In this document: positions 29,134-39,208 of the stretch, in pieces
Position numbering within the stretch: position 1 is the stretch's first letter
Layout: each line of letters starts with the position of its first letter
Source: Bdellovibrionales bacterium RIFCSPHIGHO2_01_FULL_40_29
GTDB lineage: Bacteria; Bdellovibrionota; Bdellovibrionia; Bdellovibrionales; Bdellovibrionaceae
Reading direction: 5' to 3'
Assembly: GCA_001771815.1 (NCBI GenBank)
Contig: MEPU01000005.1
Span: forward strand, 2,346-66,345
DNA length: 64,000 bases
Position numbers and translations under genes: made by a program
Notes under the pieces: generated by a model
The model's database searches: none
What the model saw: only the letters and a program-made list of their open reading frames with translations
What the model was told of the DNA's origin: nothing

Positions 29134-30978
29134 CTATTTTCTATTGGTAAAATCCACGTAAATTTTAAAAAGCTGTTCAGGTAATAACTTTGGATCGGAT
29201 AAAATTTGATAACTGTTTCTATTAAATATCTGGGGAAAGTAAAATTTTGCTTCTTTATCAATTGCCAGCGCCTGAACATGAATTCCGAGTTGCCGAGCTT
29301 CCAGTATGGCGTGCCGGATATCTTCAATTCCGTACCGACCCTCGTAATGATCTAAATCTGTTGGTTTTCCATCCGTCAAAAGAATAAATAATTTGTTTTT
29401 AGCTCCTGTGGATTCAAATTCAGATGTGATATGGCGAATTGCTGGCCCTAATCGAGTGTATCCCCGCGGCGTCAACTGCTCAGCCTGTTGGAAAAACTGA
29501 TTCCACGGTGCATTGGCATCTTTAATTTTTCTTAAATAACAGTGATGTCGAGTCTCACTCCATGTCGCCCAAATAGATACAGATTCTTTGAGATCATCGA
29601 GCAAAAGTCCACATAACCCGATAGATTCTAATTGAATATCCAATACTTTCCTGTTTTCGATCCACGACTCTGTAGAAAAACTCGCATCCATTAAAATACT
29701 GACCTGCAGATCTCGCTGGCAGTTATAATTTTTCATAAAGAATTTTGTATCACCATTTCCGTTGGCTTGAAGATCTGAACAGTACCGAATATAGGAATCC
29801 AAACTCCACTCAGGACCGTCCAGCTGGCGATCCATCCAATGTTTTTTATTTACCAACGATCCAATTTTATTTTTCCAGAACTCAATTTCAGAGGCATAAT
29901 TTACCCGAAGGCGATCTTTCAATTCAGTACCCAGTGAAATGGATGGCTCATGGAACTCGTCCAGCAAGTAAAGTCGACAATGATCTGGAACAAGTGTCTT
30001 TTTTTTATAATCCCATTCCGGCACTTTTCGAAACTGTTTCCATCGCGGAGCTGGTGTCTTGATGAGATTTGCACCGATAAGTTCAGAAAGATGCCCCTTA
30101 TAAATAGATCCCGCGCCACCGCCTTCGCGGGTGACATGTTTTAAGTTCAATTCGGATAAAGCTTCGCTGTGATCTTGCACTTCATCTTTAGCATCACTGA
30201 CTCTTGAACCACCGTTATACTCATCAGCAGTTTCTAATTTTTCAAACGCATGGAATACTGGGTTTTGTTCTTGTTTTTTGCTGGCTAAACTGACTTCTTG
30301 AATGACCTCCGTCGATGAATTCCCTTCAATCAAAGTACCCTGACTCTTATTCTTTTCTTCATGATCATCCCTGGATAAAACAGATTCTGCTGCAGATGTT
30401 CTTGATGTTTCAAGTGGCTCCACCCAAAGCGCTAATCCTTGTTCAGGAAAACAGGACCAACGATAGAAATTCGCTGGTGATTTTGCGGCAAGCAATTTTT
30501 TAAATCCAATCTCTTCCCTTTTTGAATCAGTGGGCACTTGAGACAGTTGATTTTCAAGATTCATTGAAAAGGCTTCAAACTGTGAAAAACGAACTGATAA
30601 CTCATTTCGTATCAGATTTCTAAGTTTCCAAATCTGCAAAGTCCGTTCGGCGTAGTTCAGACCTTCTGAGGTGTATGTGTAATTTTTTTGATAAATCATG
30701 CTTGCAACTAAAATTTTATGTATCAGAACTTGTCGATTCATTTCTGGATTCTTAAAAAGATAAATTTTTTCAGGCAAGAGAATTTGATTTTGACTGACAC
30801 GCCCTAATCCCTTACCTGAAAAAATTGGCAATGATTCTCCATTTAAGACCAATGCTAACAGTGCCCGCAAAGATGTTAACTCATCTTCGGTGCGCACAGA
30901 AAATGCGGCTTCTTGCCGTCGCATTTTCTGTGCATGATTGACTGACAGTTTATGAAATGCCCACTCGAGTAAATCCAT
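29134..30978 (-). CDS. norD: Nitric oxide reductase activation protein NorD (VWA)
   Basis: VPEWDY, LMDASFST, YTRLGPAIRH, LTDGKPTDLDHYEGRYGIED. Confidence 0.92.
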   Translation of the reverse strand: MDLLEWAFHKLSVNHAQKMRRQEAAFSVRTEDELTSLRALLALVLNGESLPIFSGKGLGRVSQNQILLPEKIYLFKNPEMNRQVLIHKILVASMIYQKNYTYTSEGLNYAERTLQIWKLRNLIRNELSVRFSQFEAFSMNLENQLSQVPTDSKREEIGFKKLLAAKSPANFYRWSCFPEQGLALWVEPLETSRTSAAESVLSRDDHEEKNKSQGTLIEGNSSTEVIQEVSLASKKQEQNPVFHAFEKLETADEYNGGSRVSDAKDEVQDHSEALSELNLKHVTREGGGAGSIYKGHLSELIGANLIKTPAPRWKQFRKVPEWDYKKKTLVPDHCRLYLLDEFHEPSISLGTELKDRLRVNYASEIEFWKNKIGSLVNKKHWMDRQLDGPEWSLDSYIRYCSDLQANGNGDTKFFMKNYNCQRDLQVSILMDASFSTESWIENRKVLDIQLESIGLCGLLLDDLKESVSIWATWSETRHHCYLRKIKDANAPWNQFFQQAEQLTPRGYTRLGPAIRHITSEFESTGAKNKLFILLTDGKPTDLDHYEGRYGIEDIRHAILEARQLGIHVQALAIDKEAKFYFPQIFNRNSYQILSDPKLLPEQLFKIYVDFTNRK

Positions 30979-30984
30979 AGCGCC

Positions 30985-31782
30985 TTAGAAATGAAGCGCA
31001 GTCATATCTTTCAGCGCTTGAATAATTTTTAAATCATCACTGAGACTTTCTACAGCTCCATGAAGCAAGGCCTGTCGAGGATGCATTCCAGCTTTAATCA
31101 ATTCAGAGCTGTAAACTAAAAGCCTGGTCGAGATTGTTTCGCGCAAACCCAATTGAGGTTGCTGACGAATACCCGTGGCAAAAATCACCAATTTTTTTGC
31201 TAATAAAGCCGAAATACCTGTAAGAGTCTGTAAAATTTCTGCTTCGACTTCTGGAGCTGGATAATTTAAAGATAAACTGACAAAGCGCTGCCTCGTTGAT
31301 GGTTTTAATTCTTTGAAACCCCGTTGATACCCAGGATTAAAGCTTGCCACACACATAAAATTATCCGGAGCATATAAGTTCTCGTTGGTTCTATCGATAT
31401 AAATTTCACGTCGATGATCCGTTAATGAATGCAGAATCACGATGACATCTTCGCGGGCCTCTGCAACTTCATCTAAATAAAGGATTGCCCCTTCGCGCAC
31501 AGCTCGCACAACCGGTCCATCTTGCCAAATTGTATCTCTATTCTTGATTAAAAAACGTCCCACCAAATCAGCGGCCGTTGTATCCTCATTACAGGAAACT
31601 TTTATCAATGGTCGATTCAGACGCTCTGACATGGCTGAGACAAACTGTGATTTCCCACACCCTGTAGGACCCTTGATCATCAGTGGCAACTTCTGATCAT
31701 AACAGAGCTTAAAAACCTCTGCTTCGTTTCCAACATCACGATAATAGATCTGTTCTATGGTTTTTTCTTGGGTTAAAATCAT
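30985..31782 (-). CDS. norQ: NorQ (CbbQ/NirQ) AAA+ ATPase
   Basis: KGPTGCGKS, DLVGRFL, YLDEVAEAR, KELKPSTRQRF. Confidence 0.95.
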   Translation of the reverse strand: MILTQEKTIEQIYYRDVGNEAEVFKLCYDQKLPLMIKGPTGCGKSQFVSAMSERLNRPLIKVSCNEDTTAADLVGRFLIKNRDTIWQDGPVVRAVREGAILYLDEVAEAREDVIVILHSLTDHRREIYIDRTNENLYAPDNFMCVASFNPGYQRGFKELKPSTRQRFVSLSLNYPAPEVEAEILQTLTGISALLAKKLVIFATGIRQQPQLGLRETISTRLLVYSSELIKAGMHPRQALLHGAVESLSDDLKIIQALKDMTALHF

Positions 31783-33104
31783 CGCTTAGAATCCATTGGT
31801 AACCCATAACGAATAAAATTCCAGATGAATGCAATAACTCCTGCCGTAAATAAAGTTGCTGCCAGTACTAAACCCAGAAAATGCACTTCAATTTCTTTTT
31901 GTACTCCTAAAAAATCCAAACCCAATTTTCTTTCCATATAGACTTGAGCAATGCCCGCAATACCAAATGCAACAGTCATACAAATCATCCCGATGTTGCT
32001 TACCCAAAACGCGAATGCATTCATTACAGAATCTTGAATTTTACGACCCGTCATGATGGGCATCGTGTACGTGATAATCGCTAAAATCAACATGGCATAG
32101 GCTCCCCAAAAAGCCATGTGCCCATGCATTGCCGTCACCAAGGTGCCATGGGTGTACATATTGACTTGGGGAATGGTGTGAGCAAAACCCAAAAGCCCAG
32201 CCCCGACAAATGAAATGACAGAGCATCCGATCGTCCAGTTCAATGCGGTTTTATTATCTAGAGTTCGCCCTCCTTTTTTTGCCATCGCGATGGCAAAAAT
32301 GGCCATTCCTAAAAAGGCAACCGGTTCTAGCGCGCTAAAAATTCCACCGATCATCAACCAGTATCTTGGTGTTCCGATATAATAATAGTGATGTCCTGTT
32401 CCTAAAATTCCAGATAAAAATGTAAATCCCACAATAATGTAAAGCCATTTTTCAATGACCTCTCGATCAATTCCAGTTTGCTTGATCAGTAAAAATGAAA
32501 GAATAGCACCCATGATCAATTCCCAAACACCTTCAACCCACAGATGAACCACCCACCAACGCCAGTAAGAATCCATTGTCTGATGATCTGTCGGAATCAT
32601 TCCCGGAAGATACAAAAGGGCCGTCATTAAAAGTCCAAAGAACAAGACCATACTGGTTGTTGTGTAACGCTTTCCGCGCCAAATGGTGCCACCAATTAAA
32701 AAGATAAAAAGCAGCACATCCACCACAACTAAATAATCGAGTGGCCTTGGAATTTCTAAGAACTTACGCCCCTCCCACCAGTTAAAGTGAAATCCAATAA
32801 TTGCCGTAACACCCACCACAAGAAGCGCAATCAATTGAACATAAGCCCACTTCACTGAAATAAGTTCGCGTTCGGCCTCTTCAGGAATAATATAATAAGC
32901 TGATCCCATAAATCCCGTAAGCAACCACATAACTAATAGATTTGTATGCGTCGCACGTGCTGTATTGAATGGAATAATACTATGAAGACCATCGAAACCC
33001 ATATGAGCAAAACCCATAATGAATCCATAGACCAATTGCAAAGCAAGTAAACCCATACATGCCGCAAAAAACCAATATGCAACTTTTTGTGATTTGTATT
33101 TCAT
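31779..33104 (-). CDS. norB: cNOR catalytic subunit
   Basis: ARATHTN, VVHLWVEGVWEL, GTGHHYY, HGHMAFWG. Confidence 0.97.
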   Translation of the reverse strand: MKYKSQKVAYWFFAACMGLLALQLVYGFIMGFAHMGFDGLHSIIPFNTARATHTNLLVMWLLTGFMGSAYYIIPEEAERELISVKWAYVQLIALLVVGVTAIIGFHFNWWEGRKFLEIPRPLDYLVVVDVLLFIFLIGGTIWRGKRYTTTSMVLFFGLLMTALLYLPGMIPTDHQTMDSYWRWWVVHLWVEGVWELIMGAILSFLLIKQTGIDREVIEKWLYIIVGFTFLSGILGTGHHYYYIGTPRYWLMIGGIFSALEPVAFLGMAIFAIAMAKKGGRTLDNKTALNWTIGCSVISFVGAGLLGFAHTIPQVNMYTHGTLVTAMHGHMAFWGAYAMLILAIITYTMPIMTGRKIQDSVMNAFAFWVSNIGMICMTVAFGIAGIAQVYMERKLGLDFLGVQKEIEVHFLGLVLAATLFTAGVIAFIWNFIRYGLPMDSKR

Positions 33105-33820
33105 TAGTTCACTTCCTTCAGTTGAGATAAGTAAGATGTTAATTCTGAAATATCTTGATCACTCAATGGCATTTTTGGCATTTTAGAATCTGATTTTAAT
33201 GACGTCGGCGAAATTAACCATTGCTTTATGTACGCCAGGTCACGACGAGTTCCAACCCCATCAAGTGCAGGACCAACCGTACCACCTTGTGATCGAACTG
33301 AGTGGCATGCCGTGCACATTTGATCAAATACTTTGGGACGAACTAATTTTGCAGTCTCAGAAACCATATGCTCAGGGAGCGCTTCTGTTTGAACAGCGGG
33401 ACGCATCACATCTGGTTTTGCTGGAAATCCATTCAAGTCCATTTCGCCAATCCATTTGAAGAATGCAATCAGATCTTTGATTTCCGAATCGGTGAATTTA
33501 TACTGAACCATTTTTCGTTGACCAGGATACATAGCTTCGGGGTCGCGCAACATGGATTCAATAAAAGATTCTCCACGACGCTCATAGACCTTTGTCAGTT
33601 CTGGTGCATAATAAGCACCTTCACCCAAAATAGTGTGACATCCAGCACAGTTATTCGTTTCAAATAAATGCTTTCCCCGAATGGCCTCATCCGTCAGATT
33701 TTGTGAATACGTTTGCTTAGGAATTCTCTTTAGAGTGTCTATCGTGAGCAGGATAAATGCGCCTGCGCATAACCCTGTCCCAACTAAAAAAAAGGCCTTT
33801 GCCTGTGACTTTGAAAACAA
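33104..33820 (-). CDS. norC: cNOR cytochrome c subunit with a second c-type heme domain
   Basis: N-terminal TM helix; CAGCH...YYAPEL; second CTACH...VGPAL...MP. Confidence 0.93.
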   Translation of the reverse strand: MFSKSQAKAFFLVGTGLCAGAFILLTIDTLKRIPKQTYSQNLTDEAIRGKHLFETNNCAGCHTILGEGAYYAPELTKVYERRGESFIESMLRDPEAMYPGQRKMVQYKFTDSEIKDLIAFFKWIGEMDLNGFPAKPDVMRPAVQTEALPEHMVSETAKLVRPKVFDQMCTACHSVRSQGGTVGPALDGVGTRRDLAYIKQWLISPTSLKSDSKMPKMPLSDQDISELTSYLSQLKEVN

Positions 33821-33874
33821 AATAAACCTCCATTATATGAACTTTCAAAGTTAATGATCCCCTTTTAAACGGGT

Positions 33875-33932
33875 TATGATTTGACTCATGTGCACTATCA
33901 GAGACTTTTTAGCCATATGACCCAAATCATAT
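33875..33932. promoter_or_regulatory. Two ATGA-N6-TCAT (Crp/Fnr-type) operators between divergent norC and korA
   Basis: TATGA-tttgac-TCATG at 33875-33890 and ATATGA-cccaaa-TCATAT at 33915-33932; centres 41 bp apart. Confidence 0.6.
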
Positions 33933-33989
33933 TGGAGCCTGTCGTCGAGGTCGTAAGATGAAATTTACCCTGCGGAGGCTCATCCTATT

Positions 33990-35759
33990 ATGGCAAGTCG
34001 AATCAATAATTTTATTATCAACATAGCAACAGTTAACGGCAGCGGAAGTCAGACGGCCAATACAATTTTATTAAAATCACTTTTTCGAATGGGTTTGCCT
34101 GTCGGTGCAAAAAATTTCTTTCCTTCGAACATTCAAGGCATGCCGACTTGGTTTCGAATTCGGGTCAATAAAAATGGCTTCACGGGTTACAATTTAAAAA
34201 CAGATATTCTGGTGAATCTGAATCCAAAGACTGTGGTCCAAGATGTTTTACAAACTCCACCTGGAGCTCTTTTTATTCATGATCAGGATACTGACTTAAA
34301 AGATATCTCGACGGATCATCTTGTTTTGTATTCCATCCCTTATAAAAAAATAATTCAGGATCTAAATATTCCCATAAAGTATCGTAAGTTCGCTCTCAGT
34401 ATGGTTTATGTTGGATTTTTAGCTGAACTTTTACGAATTGATTTCGCGATTGTCTCTGAAAGCATCGCCGATCATTTTGAATCAAACGCAAATGCGATTG
34501 ATTTGAATCAAGCCGCAGTCAACGCTGGAGCCGCTTATTATCGTGAAACATATGGCAAAATGGATCGACCTTTTGTTTGTGAACCCATTGCAACTGCAAA
34601 AAAACGAGTTCTGATGGATGGAAACACCGCTGCAGCGATGGGACTTGTTTATGGGGGGTGCCATTTTGTGAGCTGGTACCCCATCACACCCAGCACTTCG
34701 GTTATTGAAAATTTTAAAACATTTACTCAAAACAGTTCCGCCGTTGGGAAGCCCATCATTGTTCAAGCTGAAGATGAACTGAGCGCCATGTGTATGGTCT
34801 TAGGTGCAGGATGGTCCGGTGCGCGTGCCCTGACCGCCACGTCGGGACCAGGATTAAGCCTGATGGCCGAAGCCAGCGGTTATGCCTTTTATGCCGAAAT
34901 TCCATCAGTGATTTGGGATGTTCAGCGCGTGGGCCCATCAACAGGAATGCCCACCCGTACAGCTCAAGGCGATTTGTTAGCTGCTCACTTTTTATCTCAT
35001 GGCGACACCCGGCATATCTGTTTGATTCCAGGTAATTTAAAAGAATCATTTGAATTTGGGCAAACCTGTTTTGATCTTGCTGAAACATTGCAAACTCTGG
35101 TGATTGTGCTTTCTGATTTGGATTTAGGAATGAATATTTGGGCTCAAGAAAAGTGGCCTTATCCAGAATCAAAATACGAACGCGGCCAAATTGTCACCAA
35201 AGACCACCTGGATAACAAAGTCCCATTTGCGCGCTATTATGATCAGCAAGGTGATGGCATTCCTGCTCGTACATTACCTGGTACACGTCATGATGATGCT
35301 GCCTATTTCACGCGAGGTTCAGGTCATGATTTAAAAGCCAATTACACCGAAAATCCTGAGGCCTACAAAGCCGTTCTTGATCGCTTGGATCGCAAATGGG
35401 AAACGGCTAAATTATTAGTTCCACCACCGATTCTGAATCACTCATCTCAATCCATCGGAATCATTTACAGTGGCCCCATCGAAGAAGTCGTTTTAGAAGC
35501 CCAACAAAGTATCTCGTTCGACACATGTCGCATCCGAGCTTTGCCATTTAATGAAGATGTTAAAGAATTTATCGAGTCCCACCAGTCTGTTTTCGTCATT
35601 GATCAAAATCAATTGGGTCAATTAAAAGCCACACTGACAATTGCCTTTCCAGAGTTGGCTTTTAAAATGAAATCCATTCTGAATTATGATGGACAACCTC
35701 TTTCCGCAGCCATCATCGAAAATGCCCTTAAGGAGTTCGCCCATGCAACCTCTCACTAA
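33990..35759 (+). CDS. korA: 2-oxoacid:acceptor oxidoreductase alpha subunit
   Basis: NGSGSQ, WYPITPST, QAEDELSA, ATSGPGLSLM, VQRVGPSTGMPT. Confidence 0.95.
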   Translation: MASRINNFIINIATVNGSGSQTANTILLKSLFRMGLPVGAKNFFPSNIQGMPTWFRIRVNKNGFTGYNLKTDILVNLNPKTVVQDVLQTPPGALFIHDQDTDLKDISTDHLVLYSIPYKKIIQDLNIPIKYRKFALSMVYVGFLAELLRIDFAIVSESIADHFESNANAIDLNQAAVNAGAAYYRETYGKMDRPFVCEPIATAKKRVLMDGNTAAAMGLVYGGCHFVSWYPITPSTSVIENFKTFTQNSSAVGKPIIVQAEDELSAMCMVLGAGWSGARALTATSGPGLSLMAEASGYAFYAEIPSVIWDVQRVGPSTGMPTRTAQGDLLAAHFLSHGDTRHICLIPGNLKESFEFGQTCFDLAETLQTLVIVLSDLDLGMNIWAQEKWPYPESKYERGQIVTKDHLDNKVPFARYYDQQGDGIPARTLPGTRHDDAAYFTRGSGHDLKANYTENPEAYKAVLDRLDRKWETAKLLVPPPILNHSSQSIGIIYSGPIEEVVLEAQQSISFDTCRIRALPFNEDVKEFIESHQSVFVIDQNQLGQLKATLTIAFPELAFKMKSILNYDGQPLSAAIIENALKEFAHATSH

Positions 35760-36636
35760 AGACGACTACAAAGGTCAACCTTCAACCTTATGCACAGGGT
35801 GCGGTCATGATCTGATTTCAAATCAAATTATCTCGGCATGCTTTTCACTTGGTATTAACCCTTTGGATGTTTTAAAAATTTCAGGTATTGGATGCTCATC
35901 AAAGCTTCCGGCTTATTTTATGTCCAAGTCATTTGCTTTTAATTCGATGCATGGACGCATGGCTCCTGTTGCCACCGGAGCGAAACTTGTGAATCCTAAA
36001 ATGAAAGTTCTGGGCGTCAGTGGTGATGGCGATACCGCCAGTATCGGAATTGGTGGCTTCGTTCACCTTATCCGAAAAAATGTACCCATGGTTTATATTG
36101 TTGCCAATAATGGGGTCTACGGTCTGACAAAAGGGCAATTTTCTCCGACTGCTGATAAAGCATCACCAACTAAACACGGAGAACTAACTTTGTTTGAAAG
36201 CCTTGATCTGTGCACGCTGGCTCTTGAGTTGGGCTGTGGTTTTGTGGCTCGCGGTTTCGTTGGCGACGCCAAGCAAATGGTACAAATTCTTCAAGCAGCG
36301 CTTCAACACTCGGGCACTGCTTTTATCGATGTGCTTTCGCCGTGCGTGACCTTTAACAATCATGACACATCAACAAAATCTTATACCTACTTGAAAGCTC
36401 ACGAAGTCCCACTGAAAATCACGGATGGTTTCAATGACCCCGCCACAGCAACATACGCCATCAAAGAGGCCTACAAAAAAGGAGAAGTTCTTACTGGTGT
36501 TTTTTATCAAAATAGCGGACACAAAACTTTACTGGAAACATTAGAGGTGAGCGATACCCCTCTTCGCAGTTTCAATGAAAAAGAAATGCGCCCCAGCCAA
36601 AGTGAATTTGAAAAAACTATGGCCGAGTACGAATAG
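35743..36636 (+). CDS. korB: 2-oxoacid:acceptor oxidoreductase beta subunit
   Basis: CTGCGH, SGIGCSSK, HGRMAP, GDGD, NNGVYGLTKGQFSPT, SPCVTFN; AAGGAG RBS. Confidence 0.95.
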   Translation: MQPLTKDDYKGQPSTLCTGCGHDLISNQIISACFSLGINPLDVLKISGIGCSSKLPAYFMSKSFAFNSMHGRMAPVATGAKLVNPKMKVLGVSGDGDTASIGIGGFVHLIRKNVPMVYIVANNGVYGLTKGQFSPTADKASPTKHGELTLFESLDLCTLALELGCGFVARGFVGDAKQMVQILQAALQHSGTAFIDVLSPCVTFNNHDTSTKSYTYLKAHEVPLKITDGFNDPATATYAIKEAYKKGEVLTGVFYQNSGHKTLLETLEVSDTPLRSFNEKEMRPSQSEFEKTMAEYE

Positions 36637-36644
36637 CTCAGGAT

Positions 36645-36673
36645 AGCACGTTTAACTTTTGTTTAAGCGTGCT
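36645..36673. terminator. Hairpin between convergent genes
   Basis: AGCACGTTTAA-CTTTTGT-TTAAGCGTGCT. Confidence 0.5.
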
Positions 36674-36992
36674 GCCCGAAGAGCAAAAATACTGGAGGAA
36701 ATGTTGTCAACAAGGCTAGAAACAAAAATAGAAATGTCACTTTAATCCAAAACATTTCCTTGAGTTGTTTATTCTTAAAACAAAAATACAGTATGATCCA
36801 AGATAAGAAGTAAATCCCCACGGCATAACAAGTCTTACCGGACAATGGCCCCACACCAGAGTCCAAAGTCATCAAAGGCTTCATCGCTTGAGGAAACGCC
36901 TCTGTTAAAACAACAAATAATCCTAAGGAAAAACTACCTATTCCTGCGGCAGTCAATGATGCTAACGGTGGTCCATTAAATTTTTCACTCAT
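36663..36992 (-). CDS. Small 3-TM membrane protein
   Basis: NGPPLASLTAAGIG, GVGPLSGKT; GGAG RBS. Confidence 0.75.
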   Translation of the reverse strand: MSEKFNGPPLASLTAAGIGSFSLGLFVVLTEAFPQAMKPLMTLDSGVGPLSGKTCYAVGIYFLSWIILYFCFKNKQLKEMFWIKVTFLFLFLALLTTFPPVFLLFGQHA

Positions 36993-37011
36993 AACTATTT
37001 CTCCATCTTTT

Positions 37012-37545
37012 TTAACGAGTTGCTGCCATTTTATTGATAAAAGCTCCAAAAATACCGGCTGCTGCCGCTGCACCAAAAGAAATAATCAACAGCCAAAATA
37101 ACGCTTGTCGAATTTTTGGATTGGCACGAAGTTCTGTCCCATAATAATGAACCACATAGGCAATTGAAGTCATAAACAGCGGAACAATCCAAGCGACATG
37201 CTCTTTCCATTCCATTCCGAACTCATGCCACCCCTTAGTGGTTTCTTTCGAGAGCAAAAAGTATCTTGGAAACTGAGTCAAGTCAGCACCAGCATCTGGC
37301 GGCACAGCTCGATACCAGATGTAAACCATCCACGTTCCACTTATAACTGTGACCCAAGAAATGATGGACATACTCCACAAGCCAATTTTCAATCGCTTAA
37401 CACCCTGATTTGCTCCAGCAGGTGTTAACCATTGTGAGTTCATGGCATAGAGATCAGCAACAGCTCCGGCAAATGCCAGCAAGAAAACGGAGCCTAATAT
37501 CATACCGTGCAGGACGGTCCACATTTCTTTTACAGAAACTTCCAT
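37012..37545 (-). CDS. 4-TM membrane protein
   Basis: VLHGMILG, WYRA, WHEFGMEWKEHVAW, FGAFINK. Confidence 0.8.
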   Translation of the reverse strand: MEVSVKEMWTVLHGMILGSVFLLAFAGAVADLYAMNSQWLTPAGANQGVKRLKIGLWSMSIISWVTVISGTWMVYIWYRAVPPDAGADLTQFPRYFLLSKETTKGWHEFGMEWKEHVAWIVPLFMTSIAYVVHYYGTELRANPKIRQALFWLLIISFGAAAAAGIFGAFINKMAATR

Positions 37546-37696
37546 ATTTTATATCCTCATCATCAAAAAAGATTTAAAGCAGCAAACAAAGAATACTTGA
37601 TACTCTAATTAAAGTTTAATGATTTGTTTTTTATCGGATAAAACCCGACTTTTATCTTTATATTATTGTTGCAGAGTCATTCACAGCATGGGCCGG

Positions 37697-39121
37697 CTAG
37701 AATCCATCATCAACTTTAATTTCAGAAACATCAAAGCCTTGAGTCTTTAAATACTCAAGAAACATCTTCGAATGTTCAGTAGTTGGTTCATAATGGCCGC
37801 TTCTTCTTGAAAAATAGATCACCTTGCCATTTTTGATTTCAATTTCACCCGCCATGAGTACTGGCTCTCCGGCCACAAAAGATGAATGATGCAATTTTCC
37901 TGGGATTTGCATATTTGAAGCATACATATTGCCCTGCATATCCACAACAAACATAGCACGATTTGAAGCTCGTGAAGAATGCAGACTTCGCGCCCCGGTC
38001 GTGCTGAAAGCCTTTCCTCGAGGATCTAAAAACAAACCATTCTGCGCTTTTAAAAGATATCCTTTTCTCTCTTCGGCATTCATGTATTTGACTTTTGATT
38101 TAGAAAACGCCATCGATTTACCGACTTCTTCACCGTAATAATCATCATTCAGATCCAGTGGATCAATTTTTCGAACAGGAAGAGGTTGAACCAATTTCTG
38201 ATCAAGAAGCGCCTGAAGTCTTTGTTTTTGAATCAATGAATTCAAAAACTTTTTATCTGAACCTTTAAAATACTTTGTTAAGCTTTGCACTCCAAGTAAG
38301 GAATTACCCAATGCACAAATGACTTCTGCTTTTCGCGACGGATCTATGCAACTTAAACTCTTTTGAAAATAATCAAAAAACATTTGATTCTCAGAAATCT
38401 GCTTCGCATAAAGCTTTCGAGGATCTATTGAAATCTTTTTTTGTGCCACAAGTGGTCCAAGAGCGATGTCTTCTTTTCTTTTTTGCTGAAGCAAAAGATC
38501 TTTCAGTTGCTGACACGTTAAGTTTTTAATAAATTCCATATCCAAATAGTTTTTTGAAAATGAAATAGACCGCAAATCATTTGAGTTTAAATGTTTTTGA
38601 AGATTTTTTTGTACAAACTGAGATTGATTGTAAACACTGTTCAAGATCATTTGTTTTGAGTCATTGTCTTTAAAACACTGACGATCACTTTCTAATGCAT
38701 CCATTGCAAAATCAGCCGCTGTATAAATGGTGCTGGCGATCCCTAATCCTGACAGAATTGATAAAAACCGGGGTCCAAGTTTTTGAACAATCTGTGGAAT
38801 TTTTTGAACCATCATTTTTTGTGTTTGCGAACTTAGTTTTTGATATCCCTTACCCCCTGCATAAATCGCCAAACCGCTGCAATTTAAAGTTGCTGACAGA
38901 TCGACCTGTTTTTCTGGACACTGAAGGGCCAGTCGACTTAAGGATTCTTCATTAAGATTTGAATAAAACTCTTGGCAATTTAAGCTTTTATTTATTTCAC
39001 AACTTGATTCTTGCAAAGTTCCGCTGGCAGTTCTCAAATCGCTAGAACAAATTTGTGCCTGCGCTTCAAAAACAAACATCAAAAAAATAAACAAAAAGGC
39101 CATTTGCTGAGAAAAATTCAT
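37697..39121 (-). CDS. Secreted protein with C-terminal IQM-like (HHSSF...SGHYxP) domain
   Basis: Signal peptide, Cys-rich helical N-terminus; MFVVDMQGNMY, HHSSFVAGEPVLMAGEI, SRRSGHYEP. Confidence 0.75.
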   Translation of the reverse strand: MNFSQQMAFLFIFLMFVFEAQAQICSSDLRTASGTLQESSCEINKSLNCQEFYSNLNEESLSRLALQCPEKQVDLSATLNCSGLAIYAGGKGYQKLSSQTQKMMVQKIPQIVQKLGPRFLSILSGLGIASTIYTAADFAMDALESDRQCFKDNDSKQMILNSVYNQSQFVQKNLQKHLNSNDLRSISFSKNYLDMEFIKNLTCQQLKDLLLQQKRKEDIALGPLVAQKKISIDPRKLYAKQISENQMFFDYFQKSLSCIDPSRKAEVICALGNSLLGVQSLTKYFKGSDKKFLNSLIQKQRLQALLDQKLVQPLPVRKIDPLDLNDDYYGEEVGKSMAFSKSKVKYMNAEERKGYLLKAQNGLFLDPRGKAFSTTGARSLHSSRASNRAMFVVDMQGNMYASNMQIPGKLHHSSFVAGEPVLMAGEIEIKNGKVIYFSRRSGHYEPTTEHSKMFLEYLKTQGFDVSEIKVDDGF

Positions 39122-39208
39122 CCCTATCTTGTCGGATGTTTTCTAAGAAATTCACCACAAACCAAAGACTAGTTCATCCTATTTTCGCTTAAAAAACTTA
39201 ACAAAAAA

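Noticed and set aside
29124-29327. Long N-terminal extension of the DUF438 ORF
   Set aside because: Overlaps norD by about 190 bp; AGGAG RBS precedes ATG 29123
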